Translations under genes and position numbers: made by a program
Assembly: GCF_018350175.1 (NCBI RefSeq)
Contig: NC_058368.1
Coordinates: forward strand, 149,298,001-149,362,000
Direction of reading: 5' to 3'
Source: Felis catus
Lineage: Eukaryota
DNA: 64,000 nt
Shown: piece by piece, positions 63,328 to 64,000 of the stretch
How the letters are laid out: each line of letters opens with the position of its first letter
Numbering within the stretch: position 1 is the stretch's first letter
Notes under the pieces: model-generated
Told to the model about the DNA's origin: nothing
Seen by the model: only the letters and a program-made list of their open reading frames with translations
The model's database searches: none

Positions 63328-64000
63328 ACAAGATGTTTCATCTTAAGTGACACCTTGAAGAGAAATTTTCTTCCAGAATACTAGCCATAATGTCAATTTA
63401 ACCAGCCTGGGCCAAGTGTCTATTATGTAACAGGCTTTGTTATTATCACTGAAGCAGATCCAAAATAATTGAAAATGAGCGTAACTGCTCCCTGTTAAAG
63501 CACCTATACACTCTGCTGGGGCCAGGCGTTTTGCAAGATGCTTCATGCACAGTGTCATCTTTGTTGGGATGGTTAAGAAGTTGGCCTATAGGAACTAGAG
63601 CTTCTGTCGGTAAAGGGTTAAGAGAACTCTGGTTGTAAAACCCAAGTTGATTTATGCTTTCTATTGTGTCTTTGTGGCAAAGTGGAAAAGGTTAGAAGTG
63701 AAAGAGGAGATAACATTTGAGCCAGCCCAAAGTGCTCATGTAGTGCATTGGAGAGCAGGCCCAAGATCTACTGGCTGGGTGGAAAGAAAAAGAAGGGAAA
63801 GAGAAGTACTGGTCTTGAAGCTTCTGTTAGTTAACTGAAGTGAAATTAAAATGTAAAGAGAGTCTTGCCAACAGGTTAGAAGTATCTTTGTCTATGAGTT
63901 TGTACTCATTATATGAATCTAGGCTAGATCTGACATAATGACTCACTGTGTCTCTTCAATTAGGCTCTCTTCTAAAGAAGGTTAGTCAGCTCTAGACTCT

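Noticed and set aside
1..64000. The many 60-140 aa ORFs in the track as genes
   Set aside because: Most start at non-ATG codons, lie in SINE, L1, LTR or microsatellite sequence, have low-complexity composition and resemble no protein I recognise. This is expected noise in mammalian non-coding DNA.

Overview
AT-rich mammalian genomic DNA from a felid (cat family), judged from many carnivore tRNA-derived SINEs (CanSINE/SINEC, several of the young felid type) and felid-type LINE-1 3' ends. I see no intact host protein-coding gene, functional RNA gene or CRISPR array. The window looks intergenic or intronic and is dominated by transposon fossils of many ages: L1 (old and very young), L2, L3/CR1, MIR, MaLR/ERV solo LTRs, Tigger1, Tigger2a, MER82, MER5, MER45 and Zaphod/MER115-like elements. 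The ORFs with recognisable protein content are all mobile-element remnants (L1 ORF2 C-termini and Tigger1 transposase). Most notable points: a 41-nt U6 snRNA 5' retrocopy with target-site duplication (TSD); a twin-primed inverted L1; a young L1 with an uninterrupted 386-codon ORF2 tail inserted where older elements had already landed; a 5'UTR-only L1 derivative apparently flanked by a TSD; a 142-bp non-tandem direct repeat; several nested insertions; and a few CpG-retaining unique segments with splice or promoter motifs that could belong to an unannotated non-coding transcript. The sequence does not support a claim of a new biological system. Repeat subfamily names come from my recall of consensus motifs and need RepeatMasker/Dfam confirmation; boundaries of old elements are approximate.
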